Part shown: positions 42,964-56,879 of the stretch, in pieces | Layout of the letters: each line of letters starts with the position of its first letter | Position numbering within the stretch: position 1 is the first letter of the stretch | NCBI GenBank assembly: GCA_951406725.2 | Contig: OX597828.1 | Coordinates: forward strand, 5,828,001-5,892,000 | From: Octopus vulgaris | Taxonomy: Eukaryota | Length of the DNA: 64,000 nucleotides | Direction: 5' to 3' | Position numbers and translations under genes: made by a program | Notes under the pieces: generated by a model | The model's database searches: none | The model's input: only the letters and a program-made list of their open reading frames with translations | What the model was told of the DNA's origin: nothing

Positions 42964-43324
42964 ATATTAATATTTATTGCCATACTAATATGGCAGTCTA
43001 AATATAAGACTAAAGCTGTCGCTGATTAGCTCCAAGAGGCCATCGCTTCTAGCTAGCTATATGACACACGAACCTGCGTCCATTACAACCTTCGAACAGG
43101 GGAGGTCAGCCGCTTCACCTTGCTAGTCAGACATCCCTGAAACATGTCTGCAGATGTCTGACTAGCAAGATGAAGCGGCTGACCTCCCCTGTTCGAAGGT
43201 TGTAATGGACGCAGGTTCGTGTGTCATATAGCTAGCTAGAGGCGATGGCCTCTTGGAGCTAATCAGTGACAGCTTTAGTCTTATATTTAGACTGCCATAT
43301 TAGTATGGCGATAACTATTAATAT
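42964..43324. repeat. Long palindrome or foldback element, 172-bp arms with a 17-nt spacer
   Basis: 42964-43135 is the reverse complement of 43153-43324 with about five mismatches; lies between TA tracts. Confidence 0.95.
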
Positions 43325-43558
43325 ATATATATATATATATATAACTGAGGAAACTTAGATTACATGGACTCAAAGAATTAGAGGTGTAATCTGAGAAAAT
43401 TGTATAATTGTTTCCAATTATCTTCCCTAGGATTCCCGTTATAGCCACTCTTTGCCTTGCTGACTTGTTTGTCGTTAAAGATATCGTAGTGTAAGTTCAA
43501 ATCATTTGGGCGCTATTGAGAATTTTCTATACTGAGATTCTCTCGATATCATCTGTTG

Positions 43559-43610
<52 letters not shown>

Positions 43611-44164
43611 TAACTGGATGTATGTAATAATGAGAAACTTTAAAGTAGTACATCCGCAGACCTAAGTTTTATTTATTCTCTTAACAAGGAATTAAATTCA
43701 TTAAGCTTGCTTTACTTTGAATTTTAGCATGAAACCTTACACTTCGTAATTCCTTTTGATAAGAGTAAATTGAAGTGATTGACTCTTGTGATAATATTCG
43801 TACCCGAAATACAAACATATCTCAGTATAATCTGATTTCAGCTACTTTGGTATAGAGTATTTCTACTTAAGTATTACCAGTACGACTTTTGTGAGTTATT
43901 CCATTCCGTATATGGAAACGATTGTTGATTCAGTTGAATGAAGCAGCCGTTATGCTGTCTATCTACCTACTAGAAATTGCAACCAAATCCTTCCGAAAGA
44001 AAATTATGAAACTTGTAGAACCCATAAGTGAACATAATCCAGAATACACTCTGCTAAAGAAAATATTAGATAGAGATACTTAGATTACTTTTAATCATGC
44101 ATGATTAGAAAACTGAGCTCCCTCTTCATGTATTGAAATTTTATATAACAGTACAACATAATAC

Positions 44165-44380
44165 TCGTTTCAAATTTTTGCTGAAGGCCAGCAAGTTTGG
44201 AGGAAACGCTTAAGTGGATCTCATCGACCACAGGGTTGACATGATACTTATCTTATCGTTCATGAAAGGGTGAACGGCAAAGTCGAAACCGGCTGCATAT
44301 GAAATCAGAACGTAAAGTCGGAAAAAAAATGCTGCAAGTATTTTCCCCGCACGTTAACGACTCTGCCAGTTCGCTGCCCT
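44165..44380 (-). mobile_element. SINE family B, decayed
   Basis: TTTCAAATTTTTG...GAAAGGGTGAACGGCAAAGTCGA...GTTAACGACTCTGCCAGTTCGCTGCC. Confidence 0.7.
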
Positions 44381-45880
44381 AGTATAACTTAATATTTAAT
44401 ACAATTAATATTGCTAAATGTTTTGACCAAAAACCATTCAGTTATATAACGTTGCTTTATGAATTTGTTTATTATATGCTGAATAGACCTTCGTCCACAA
44501 TTCTGTTGTGGGTTAGTACATCAATCTGTGTGGTTTAAGTAAATGGAAGCCACTAATGTTAACTTGCACTCTGACCATTTGACACTAACGAATGATACTC
44601 TGTGGGTTCAAGTATATAAATGATTTCGCGACATCATTTAAATCGCTTTTTTCGAAATGAGTGTAACCTTCACTATTGGTTCCTTTCTAAGCAGTGCTAT
44701 ATTATTTTACTCATATTAATCCAAATTGTAGTTTTCAGTTTATATTTTTCTTTATTTTGCGTTATTGGTAATTTTTCCAGGTACCTAATAAAGTGAAGAA
44801 CGACAGCCTAGTAATCAGCAAATTCTGAAGTCACAACGCATCGCTAATATTCCATCGATTTTATCACATAGCTTATTAATGAATAAAAACATCATGATTA
44901 TAAGTTGGAAGTAGTATGTTTTAAGAAGTGTATGTTGTAGCATCCATGTTTCTCCTACACATTTTAATTGCCTAAGTTAAATAAATTTGGAATTTAATTA
45001 TTAAAACGTCTTCGAAAATAATTTCATTATTTAAATTATATCAAGTTTGAAGATAGTATTGGAACTTGCCAACAAATAACACAGCACATGTGCATCATTT
45101 TTGGATTGAATGAACGGCACTTAGAAAATAAAATGGTTGTGTATCAAAACTGAGGCACGGTTTCGATTCAACTGTGAAGAAAAGCACTTCAAATACATCC
45201 CAACTAAGTGGAATCGCAGCTATTAGAATTTCCTAAATGTCACCTATAAATTTACTCTTTGTACCTCAGACAGAAATCAATACTTGACAAAACGAATATT
45301 GTATTATTTTCATTAAGTCTTTAATTAATCTTGAAGAGTCTCCGGTTTCAATTTTAATTCTTGCAGATTTATGGTTTATATCAAAGTAGAAAAAAACGTT
45401 ACAGACAAAAAAAGAAAATAAATATAATTATTGTAACATTACAGTAGAGAGAACGATTAACGCTAAAGAATAATTATTATTTTCAAGGATATTGTTTTCC
45501 TCTGAGCAAACAATGAATCTATAAATTTTATGAGAGAGATGAGGAAATAGAAGTGTGATACCCAAACATTCCCCATGAATATTAAATGTATACTTGAAGT
45601 GCATGTATTTCAGATGGGAATTAAGAGAGCATTTCTGCTCTGCACGGAGATTAACTCTTGCATTATGAGTATTTTCACGTGAATATTGTATTATATTCCT
45701 GTAAATTCTGTATTTCCGTATATTATACTACACTTCCCAAAGGTTTGCGCTTTACAGAAAATAATGTTGTACAAAATTGTGAAGGTTTTCTTTGTAGGAT
45801 TCTTCATTTAAAATGAGGAATTATAGTATAGAAACCATGAAAAATTTTAAGCTAATGCTCTAATATACGTGAATGTATTA

Positions 45881-47163
45881 CGAGGGGCGTTCAATAAGTA
45901 ATGCCCCTGACCCACTTCCCATAGCAGTAGAGCAACGAAACTTATTAGTCTTTTCCTACATAGGAACCACCCAGAGGTACGCATTTCTCCCATCGTTTGA
46001 TGCGGCTCTGGAGACCGTTTTTGTAGAAGAACCCAGCTTGGTCCTCCAACCTCAACGTGACTTCAGAAATCAAGGCTGCATCATCTGGGAAACGCTTTCC
46101 TTTCAAAAACAACTTCATGATTGGGAAGAGGTGAAAATCAGAGGGTGCAAGGTCAGGAGAGTAGGGGGGATGGGGAAGAGTTCATAGCCATACACCTGTG
46201 CTTCTGATCTGGCGACAAGCGAGTTGTGGACCGGAGCGTTGTCCTGCAGGAGGAAGATGCCTTTGCTGATCTTGCCCCGCCTCTTGATTTTGATAACTTC
46301 TCTTAATTTCCTCAAAAGTGAAGCATAATAGGCTCCTGCAATTGTGGTACCCTTTGCCAGGAAATCTGTCATCACTACTCCGTCCTGGTCCCAGAAGACT
46401 GTGAGCATGACCTTGCCAGCGGAGGGCTGCACCCTTGCCTTCTTTGGAGGGGGTGAGTCACGGTGCTTCCACTACATTGACTGGGCTTTGGTCTCCGGAT
46501 CATCGTGATGGACCCAGGTTTCATCTTGTGTAATCAGTCTTTTGAAAAATTTTGACTCATCTTCTTGGCACATCTCCAAATTCACCCTCGAGCACTCGAC
46601 GCGTTCTTGCTTTTGGAAAGGCGTGAGCAACCTGGGAATCCATCTGGCAGACACCTTTTGCATATGCAAATGGTCATGAATGATAGTTTCCACAGACCCG
46701 GTACTAATCTTGACCTCATGGGCTATTTGGCGAATAATTATGCGTCGATCTTCCAAAATGGCAGCCTCAACTTGACGGACAGATGCCACATCAATGACAG
46801 AAGGGGGCGACCAGATCTGAGAGCTGTTTCCACAGAGTTCCTACCATGTTTGAATTCACGATGCCAACGTTTTACAAAGTCATATGATGGGGCATCATCA
46901 CCATAAGTTACTTTCATTTCATCAAAAGTCTCCCGTGGTGTGCGTCCTTTCAAATACAAAAACCGGATCACTGCTCGACACTCAACAGGCTCCATTTCAC
47001 ACTTGACTCGGTTCAAACACCTGTAAATCAGAAACCACAATTAATTCAGAGCTGTAATTTGCCACTTACTCTATAGAGATATAAATGATTGCACATGCAA
47101 AACTTCAGCTGGATCAAACAACTGTAAGTGGGTCAGAGGCATTACTTATTGTGACGTCCCTCG
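45881..47163 (-). mobile_element. Full-length mariner transposon (about 1.28 kb) with TIRs and TA target duplication
   Basis: TA-CGAGGGGCGTTCAATAAGTAATGCCCCTGACCCACTT at left; AAGTGGGTCAGAGGCATTACTTATTGTGACGTCCCTCG-TA at right. Confidence 0.95.
45945..46995 (-). pseudogene. Mariner (DD34D-type) transposase, disrupted
   Basis: MEPVECRAVIRFLYLKG..., WIPRLLT, ITQDETWV, LLQDNAPVH, SPDLAPSDFHLF-like, RWEKCVPLGGSYVGKD*; frameshifts near 46800 and 46165, TAG at 46472-46474. Confidence 0.92.
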
Positions 47164-47704
47164 TAAAATGCTAATGAAGCGTCAAATGTGTAACACGAAC
47201 GATAACTCAAAATCTATTAATGCTGACATTTTCCATCCTGTTTTGGAATGTTTGTAAAGAATACGCTGAGTTCTTATTTTAAGATGAAATAGGGAGCTAA
47301 GAAAATTAATATAATATTTCGAGGTTGAATTCACCACTTTTACTGCATTTATTAGTCCTTTACAAATGAGATAGATGTCGCAAATTTCTTACATATACTT
47401 TACTGTACGTGCTTGAAGTGAAACATCGGTAGAATTTTATTTATCATGACGATGAGCATAGCATATATAATTGGTAGGCTGGTAAAAAGTTATATGTCAA
47501 AAAGACATGCACAACATGGAACGAATGGTCAGCACTTACATATTATCACATCAACGTACTTCATTTCCGCTGCCTAATGTTTTTAATGCCATGTGATCTT
47601 ACTCCACTATCAATCAGAGTGCAAAAACAATTATTTTACTAGGTACACATTAGTCGATACCTATATATTTTATTAGAAATTATTTAAATTATGTGTGTGT
47701 GTGC

Positions 47705-47744
<40 letters not shown>

Positions 47745-48745
47745 TCTTTGTATATAGTTTGGTATATCCGTTTTAAAGCGAAATCCTTCATTCATCACTT
47801 TATTTTAATCCCTTCAACGCGGAGATGAGGAATTAACTCGCTTCTGTTATATCAATAAGCTAATTTTAAAACAGTGAGTACCGTGAACAGACAGAAGGCG
47901 TACTCGTAAGGAATTGAAATCACCATTCTACATGTGCTAAGCTTTAAAGAACAAAACTGCCACTACCACCTCATCCCCACACACAATCAAATGATTTCGC
48001 TTATATCTACAGCACATTACAAGAGTTACACTATCCTTCACTATTCATTTTAACATATTCGAGCCTGTGGAACTTGAGGCTTCCGCCCCGGACCCTATCC
48101 CTACTCATCACTATCGGCGCCGAGGTTGCTGTGTCCGCAAGTGTGAGCCCCGTGAGTCAGAGTATTGAATCTACGTCGCCATCCTCTGGGGCAACGCCGC
48201 TTCCATTTTGTCTGCTGGTGCCATGAAAAATATCCTTATATTGTGAGAGGCAAGATTCTCCGTTAATCCGTCTCATTTTACTTAAATCACGTCTCTGGGG
48301 ACGTGAGGGCTTGCTATCATAATTTGTAGTCATTTTTCATGCTAAAATATGTAACTTAAACTTTTCCTACTCATTCCTACCCATCCATCACATCTCTTTT
48401 CTTCCTAATGACTTTCTCTACACATTAAAATGCTAAATCATATTTAACCTTCCTTTTATCAGTATCTGTATACTTGTATATGTCCTTTTGTAAAATATAT
48501 CTTTAACTTGATGCATACTTCCGTTTTCTGCAATAGTTTCGTCTCATTATTGCATTATTATTGTTTGTTCCAGAAGAGGAATAAGTAAATTGGATATAGA
48601 TGAAATCGCGAAATGTGTTGAGTAATATAACACGCATGTTGTCCATATATGCGAATCTTCAAAATTGTATTGTCCATTTATATCTTCTCATTCCTGACTA
48701 AACACTTTGTATTACCTATATAAGTTCTAAACAGGTAACACTTAC

Positions 48746-48814
48746 CTGTGTCGGTGACGAACTTTCTTCTCTATGATGGAATGTTTTCTCATGCACTATA
48801 TTCGAGATGAAAAA
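48746..48814 (-). other. Candidate 69-nt spliced exon
   Basis: Minus strand: long polypyrimidine tract ending ...TTCTCTGCATAG, exon, then CACAG|GTAAGT; one open frame FFISNIVHEKTFHHREESSSPTQ. Confidence 0.3.
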
Positions 48815-49736
48815 CTATGCAGAGAAGGGGAAGGAGAAGAAGTAAAATGAGAGGAAGAGGCGAAGGAGGGGGGAAGCAAATGTGTAGACGCAGAAGAACA
48901 GTCCTAACAACTACAACAACAGCCACAGTAACTACGATGACGACGGAAAGTAAAGAAGCGGAATTCGTACGAGCCGAAAAAGTAAACGGCAGACACAGCG
49001 GTGCAGTATTCGGGTTTCAGAGAGTGGGATCGATAACCTGATTTCGATTCATAGAAATGTTTTTCACTTCGAAAATAAATGATTTTGAGAAAGGAATGTT
49101 TTGTAAAACATAATAGGCCACCTACTCTATATATCTGCGTCGTTATTTGTTGTGTAAAACTCACCAATAATGAAATGGCGTCAAACGGAGAGACAAATCA
49201 GGAAGCCACTTTCCTTGCTGGGGGTGTATATTCTTGCTTTAAGCAATATGATATCGATTTACTTAGTTTCAAGCAAAGAACAAAAAACAGCAACAAAAGA
49301 AAGCAAGTAAAAGGAAAATGAAAGGTTTCTGCGACATTCATACGATTCCAAATGTATCACTGCTGCGCGACATGGAAATTTATACATAGAATCGAACCCA
49401 AGGAATTAGTTAACTAACAGTGTTTGGCAGCAACGGAAAAATTGAGCGAAAATGAGCGAAGTTGAATAAGATATATATTATGCACAAGTCTGAATGCGTT
49501 AAATTCTCTCTATGCAAGCACGTGATTTTGAGCCGTTTGCATGGCGTTTTCGTGAAAGTGTTTTATAGAATAGCTGCGCGTTCAACAACTTCTTAGAGAG
49601 AAACTCTGACGAAAGCCTTTGAATATATATCTGAGTGTGTGTGTATAACTGTCTCCCTCTTTGTCTCTCTCTCCCTCTCAATTTCTCCCCCTCCTCTCTC
49701 TTTCTATAATATATATATATATATATAGATATAGAT

Positions 49737-49779
<43 letters not shown>

Positions 49780-50229
49780 TATGTATATATATTATTCTAA
49801 CCCATTTGAGGTAAGACATTATTATTGTTCACTGATATTTTTTCCTATCTTGTCTGTAATAGATTTGCAACTATTCGGTGGTACAGAAGTATTTTTTTAC
49901 TTCTATCATTAGCGATATAGGCACTCATGTAGTACCCTTGTGTATATATGTACATATTTAATATTGTATGTATATATTTTATTAATTTGCCTGTACGGCT
50001 GATAATTCGCTTACCACTTGTGATGGTATTTTAATAATACCATCCCTATATTTATATATATATATATGTATTGTATAAAGGATCGTGGGAAGGCCAAAAC
50101 AATGCGACGTAAATGCAAAGAAAATCACAAGAAACCAAATATATGAATTAATGTTGACTTCCCTTGCATTCAATATTTCGGGTATATGAACCTCGTCCTG
50201 AAGAAATTAACTAATGTTGCAGATGTGCG

Positions 50230-52270
50230 TGTGTGTGAGTGTGTGTATAGACATGCGGGGAAAGTTTTTGCTGCAGCATCCAGCTAGCTTCCTGTAACTC
50301 TCTTCTGTTGCTGATAGTTGGTTTCCTTTGGTGTATAAGGATGGCCTCGGAGATTCTACGATTGCCCCTGTTGCGATCTGTTTCCCTGATGTGTATTGTG
50401 AATTCCCGGTTGCCTCTTGGAACGCTAGGGGCTTCACTGTCACTTTTGTTTATTAGTTATTTAGTAGCAATCTCATGTTCTTAGATTGCGAATGCATTAC
50501 CTTCGAATCGTAATATGATGTACCGGTCGCGAGTCCAAGAGTGCTTCATGTCAATGATACTAGCTTCTTCGTGTCCACGTGAAACATACCCAAGCATGAT
50601 CTATTTTTGGTATGCTGAGCGTTACACTTCCAAGTCTTCTTTGGGGTATGCTAGTCCGGATGATTTTGGGTGGCATGGGAAGTTATCATGAAGAGAATAC
50701 TTTCTGAACAGCTCACTTCCAATACGTAGGATATTATTTTCTTCATCTTTCAGCACTAAATGAATGTATTTATATTTCCTGCTAACCAAGTGCCGTCTGA
50801 GAGAGTCTATGAGATATTCGAAAGTTTCGTAGATAGAGACAAACGATATCACTAATTTTGTAGAGATTTCCAGTTGATGTTAAAATCTTGCGGGTTTTAA
50901 TGTCTATGGAATGGGTTTCTTCTACAGATCAGTCTAGTATCCCAAATGTTGGCATCAACACTGGTACTGCAAATGCACTGAGGGATAGTGTCTTGTAATA
51001 AGAGGAGAGTTCGTACTGCCATATTTTTTTTAGTCTGGTGTAATATTCTTGGGTCTCTCGGTCTTTATTCACAGTACCTTGTTATGATATATCTTCATCA
51101 ATGCCAAAGTCCTTGTAGCATTCTTTGTGTGGGGCAGGAGAGATAGTGCGACCATTGATGTATAGGTTTTGTGTCGAGGAGACTGACTTTCCCAGTTCAA
51201 CAATTAAATACGAACATTTCGTCTGGCCAGATTTCATTCTGATGTCAGCTTAAAATGCCTATCAGCAGGTATTGGCATGACAATTTTCTCTACTATGGTC
51301 AATGCGACGATCACACGCTACACACGTTCTTTCCAAGCACTGTTGTAAACAGTGGAAGTGAGCTAGAAGATTAGACCTTAGTGCACATGCAAAGACGAAT
51401 TCAAGGTCAATCTGTGCCAAGCAGTTTTACTTTGCGTGTTTCAGCTTGGTTACTATGTCAACAGTCCGGATACTTATTGATCTGACCTCGTAATATTTAG
51501 GCAAGCAATAGGACTGTATTTTTCAGGCATCTTGGTGGTTTTATTCTTGGCCCCGAGATTTATCAATGCCATAGGAACCAATTTGGAATGTCAGTCTGAC
51601 TTTCCAAAATACTTTTGAATATACGTATAAGTGGTTTCCTGTAAAATGTAAGCATGTTATATAAGTATCCAACTATTAGATCCCTTCCAGATTCCTTCTT
51701 GTTATGCAGTTTTCCTAAAGCTACGATGAAAATTTCCGAGCCATTTGCATATCATTCACTGTTGATTCTGGTAGAGTATTCTTCCATTACTGCATTTAAC
51801 CACGATGCATTGAGGTTGAGATTCCTCTTTTCGTTTCAGATTTTCAACCAGAATGATTCAAGATCCTCATAAGAGTCGGCTTTCATGACGGTAATTTTCC
51901 TTTCCTCATCTCCTTATGTAATGTCTGTGGGATCGAAGCAAACTTGTGATTCATATAGACTCGTTTACGTCTGCTCAAGAGCTTCTTGTGGAAAGTCACC
52001 ATACAAATTTGGTGCTTTTTTTTAATAAGATGTGACTAATGTGGTGTAAACTCATAGTTCCTCTTACTCTTTATAATTGCTGTTGACCATCCAATATGGC
52101 AGCGTAGATTGTTGATATTTCCTTTTGTTTTCCACCCAGGTTGCTTCTGTTTAGTACTTTCATCACAGTATATGCTGCAGATTTCACCTTGGTACCACGT
52201 ATATGAGGGCATTAACACTCCAATAATTAACATCACATGTTTCCAGGTGTTCTCCAGTGACATCGTCGAT
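50230..52270 (-). mobile_element. Decayed R4/Dong-like non-LTR retrotransposon (RT and C-terminal remnants)
   Basis: Minus motifs DIRMKSGQTKC (like DIGMEFGLDKC), AFAVPVLMPTFG, HPKS, FEGNAFAI*EHEIAT; same family as 62660-63800. Confidence 0.7.
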
Positions 52271-52713
52271 AACTTTCAGCATTAGAGCTGTTAATTCTTT
52301 TCGTAATGATGTATGTATATATATAGGAGAGATACAGCTATATATATATATATATATATATACAGATATATATATATATATACAGACATATATATGTATG
52401 TACATGTATAAATATAAATATATATATATATATGTATTTATATATATATATATAAACACACATAGGTAAATGCATATATATATATGTGTGTGTGCGTTTG
52501 TGTGTATGTATATATATATATATATGTATTTTCGTTTGTATGTATGTATGTATCCATTTATGTTGGTTGTCGACTCGTAGGGAAGTATGATTCTATACTT
52601 CCATGTAGATAATTAAAGAACACCGAAGAATAGAGTTAGCAGATTGCGATTGATGCTTAGTTTGTAGTCGAGGTAAACGCATTGACTGTATCACAATTTA
52701 CTTACTGTATATG

Positions 52714-52785
<72 letters not shown>

Positions 52786-52796
52786 CATATAAATAT

Positions 52797-52829
<33 letters not shown>

Positions 52830-55800
52830 CACACATACACATATTTATATGTATATATATAAACATATATAGCTCACATAAAAATATTTATATGCATACA
52901 TACATATACATATATATATATGCTTCATGTATCACCTATATATATGAAACATATATCACCAACTATATTGTTGCCTTCAACAATAGTTTCCAAATTTCTG
53001 ACTCACTTAACGGCGCCTATATCTATCATCAGAAGAATTAATTCAGTTTCAGTGCGTGTAATCTGCATAGACTGTGTTCACTCTTATAGAAATATGGTGT
53101 ATACAATTATTAGCTTTATTAATACGTAGTTTTATGTTTCTGAGTGATGAAAATATAAGCATAAAATATTGTACGAGATAATCACCTGAAACTTTATGCT
53201 ATATCCTAATATTCAACATTATAAATATGCATGTTATATTTTATAAAAGATTGCTGTTTAAAAACCAAAATGATTATCTGTCAACCTAGGTGTTTACATG
53301 TTTATGTATCTCACATATCCTGCACTTATTTTAATTGATTTGTTTTTCTTCTTAATACAATGGTGTATTTCAAGCTACGTTGAATCGCAACGGTGTAGAT
53401 ACGTGTATACTATTTGAATATTCAGAATATATTTTCAGATTGAAAGCAGAAAATACTGTGTGGATATAGAGGCATCAATCGTGACATAGACTAATCTAAA
53501 TAATCATAAATATGTTATCATATTCTCATTATTTGTGCATCAGTTTATCAAAGTAGCTAGTTTTGTATGTATATGTCAGGTGGAGCACTGTCAAAAACGA
53601 TGAGGAATCAGCTCTTCAGTGGATGATGATACTCTAGTTGTTCTAAGAATGACTGTTGACTTGCACGGTGATTCTGTTTAAACCGTCAACCGCTTTCTTT
53701 CGTCCACGGCCATCTTTAATCCATTGACAAGGCTACGTCAAGTTGTCTGGGGACCGATGTAGGGGATGTTTGATTGTTTATTCATGCTTCCTCTTGCCCT
53801 GTGTACTGCTTCCTCTTGCCCTGTGTGCGTTTGTTGCTGCCACGTCTCACTCTGTCGAAAGCAGCGTCCACTGGATCCAGTCTTTATACGCATAGGTAGG
53901 TAATTATTCATACCTGAAACCATCATAAGTGCTACTACTACTGGTCAGTGTAGACCTAGGAACAATAATGACTAAGAAGTGTTTCCGCACTCCACAAAAC
54001 CCTGAAACTCTTGAACCAGGGTCACACTCCCGCGAGACATATCAATTACCCAAAACATATTCCTTACTGAATTAATGTGTATATGACTGCGCATTCCAGG
54101 GATACGTGTCTCTTGATATAATTGCCTGGTATAATCAACCTGAGTTTATTTGGTAAATCTGTATATTTGCATTACAGGTGCAATGCATCCGCTAGATTTC
54201 TGCTTGGTTTCCGTCTATCCGGTTCCACTCACTTGGTGTGGATTTTCCAAGATGATCTGAAGTAGTATTGAACCCGGGAATGCTCATAGATATCACTGGA
54301 AAGATTGGAGCCAGCAGTAAACATACACACGGACATACATATAACACCGACACATACGTAATTGATAATTATATATAATCATATTCATACAGGTGTATGT
54401 GCAAAGGAAAATTGAAATGAGCTCCACCGACAAGGTTTTTTTTAAAAATATCCCAACAATGAGTCGCCATTTCTCCGAATTTAGGTATCAGGTTGGCATA
54501 TGCACCTGCTACAACTGAATTTATTTTAATAACTGTAAGCAGCTATGCAGACATTCATATATATGTAGTAAGAGACGTATTGCGTCTTATTTTCTTTTTC
54601 TTGCTTAATCTATTTAACTGTTCTTATGCTCGGAAAACTCTGAATATTTTCTTCGCTGAAATCAATCCCACAAATTCTGTTTTTAACTCTAGTACTTATT
54701 CCGTCTATAGTATCTAAATTGTTGAGGCAAGCACATCAACACTGCTTGTCAAGATGTTCAGAAGAACATGACTACACCAACACGTATATGTATATGTTCG
54801 CAAATAGTTACCCCCACACGTTCACACATACGCAAGCACACACACATGTATGTAGGCGAAAGCGTGATTCTGTAGTGAATTGTTGGCTACCCAAACTTTT
54901 ATATCTTAAAGTGCATTATATTTTTTGTACAGCTAAGTGTGGGAGCCAGACTCAATGTGCAAACCTTTGCGTAGTGTGTGTTCTTTTCACCAAATATTTT
55001 CTGCACATGCGGTTTCAGTACAATTGGTGGATTTGTGTCTTCCAAGCAGGGCTTTGTTCTAGCGACATCATCTCATCAAATAAAAATTCTGTTTAGAGCA
55101 CTGGAAAATCAGCTACATCATCATTCAAACTCTACATATCGCAATATCTTTAATTTTATAGTTTTTTATCGTGTGGAAAAAATACTAACCTAACGGATAT
55201 ATACTAGTTACATAATTTTCTGAGCATTAAGAATTTCAGAGCTGGTGGTTTCACTTGACTCAGTTATGTTATCCAAAACATACATGATCCTCTAAATGTG
55301 GGTATAACAATTGATTTCATAAGTTATTTGAAAGTTATTCTCAAATAATTTGCCTTATGGTTAATTATCACACCTTCCAACCAATCTTCTAAAATATATT
55401 AATCAGGCATATCTTGTTATTTGTAAGTCAACTCAGATGAAAGTAAAATTTTGCATAACCCATGCAAGACCTTGGAATGCTGGGATGATACACAAGTCGG
55501 GTCTTTAATTTCCGATCATCACTAGGTATTTAAGTCCAGAAGAAGCGTCAAATGATTTTCGAAGCTTTAATTCTCGTCGTTGAATTCTCTTCCCAAGTAA
55601 AGAAAAAAGAAAATGATCTTAGCTAAAACGCTGAGAAGCCGTCTCTGATTAAGTAGAAAGTCTTGTTTAAATTCTTAAAATTCGCCCTGAGATAAGTGGT
55701 CATACATTACAAATTACTTAAGTGCGAATTCTAAGGTTTGCCAAAAGTTATCTGACAGTAAAACAAAACCATTTAATTCCAAGATCTATTTATGTTTGAC

Positions 55801-55960
55801 AACTCAATTATTGTAATAAAAGCATCTGAATATGAAACATCATGAAAATTGTTCAAACTGAACTCCGTCTTGAGTGACACATTTTTCCATTCGAGTCAAT
55901 ACAGAATAAGAGATAATATTTATGGAATTTTGACTTACTGTCGGGTGACTTTGTCCAACC

Positions 55961-56009
<49 letters not shown>

Positions 56010-56012
<3 letters not shown>

Positions 56013-56720
56013 AATTGTAGCACAGAAGGTGCTTATCTCTCTCTATATAAACGGCAGTTTGTCTGTGCGTTTTCTGTGTGTCTGTTTTCTCGTACCCTCA
56101 CTCTGACCACGGCTTTCAACCGATTCTGATGAAACTTGACACACACATAGCCCAATGTCATAATTCCAAACTAACGCAGCGAAAATTTTGAAAAGTTCCC
56201 CCAGTTCTGAAAAAAATCGATAAATTCGATATGGGGTCGAGAATCAGAAACCCAAACCACAGACCGTCTAGGGGACGCAACTCCACCTTTTTTAACTCTC
56301 AAAAAAATTTACCATCATTTTTTTTCCATTTTTTTGCTATTTTTTGGCTATAACTCTCTAAAAATGCTTTATAGTTATTTCCCTTACAAACCTGAGCAAC
56401 GCCGGGCGATACTGCTAGTAAGTAATATAAAAGCAAACAAAAAAGGTTAGATCCACTGCAACATTTAAATTTAACTTGTCAAAATATTTTCGTCGATTTG
56501 AACTCGCGACCTCCTCACTGAGAACATTTCGTGCTGCATCTGAATTCCGTGCAGCACGGAAGTTTTTGATGATTTAAATTTTTATTTTGATGTGAATCTA
56601 ACAGTTTTAGTTTGTTTTTCAATGTCTTATAAACACCTTCCACTCTGCAATTTATTTTTTGTTTCAGCACACGATCTCAGATCAAGTCACTTGCTATGCA
56701 AGTACATCTCCGTAATATAT
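56010..56720. mobile_element. Penelope-like or foldback repeat interrupted by a Helitron
   Basis: Flanked by TA repeats; central hairpin CGTGCTGCA/TGCAGCACG with loosely inverted flanks; hammerhead-like motif at 56476-56525 on the minus strand. Confidence 0.4.
56036..56418 (+). mobile_element. Non-autonomous Helitron
   Basis: Starts TC after a host A, ends CTAG before a host T, imperfect subterminal GC hairpin CCTGAGCAACGCCGGG, no TSD. Confidence 0.8.
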
Positions 56721-56879
56721 ATATAAGTGAACAGAAAATGGAGAAATATTGATTAACAACGATGACTAACATCAATTATTACTTTTTAATACAAATAGAC
56801 TATATCTCATCTACTAAGCCCGCCATATATATATATATATATATATAGTGTGTGTGTGTGTGTCTGTCTGTCTGTCTGT

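Noticed and set aside
43015-43060. CTGATTA motif inside the palindrome as a hammerhead core
   Set aside because: Core mismatch and no appropriately placed GAAA strand or stems.
48060-48310. GC-richer island considered as a coding exon
   Set aside because: No convincing open frame with splice sites or a recognisable motif; origin unresolved.
50165-50210. Weak hammerhead-like motif on the minus strand (GGACGA...GAAATATT)
   Set aside because: Core and stems too degenerate to support a call.
56129-56137. CTGATGAAA inside the Helitron
   Set aside because: Part of a CCGATT..ATGAAA motif commonly seen in such elements; no supporting stems found.
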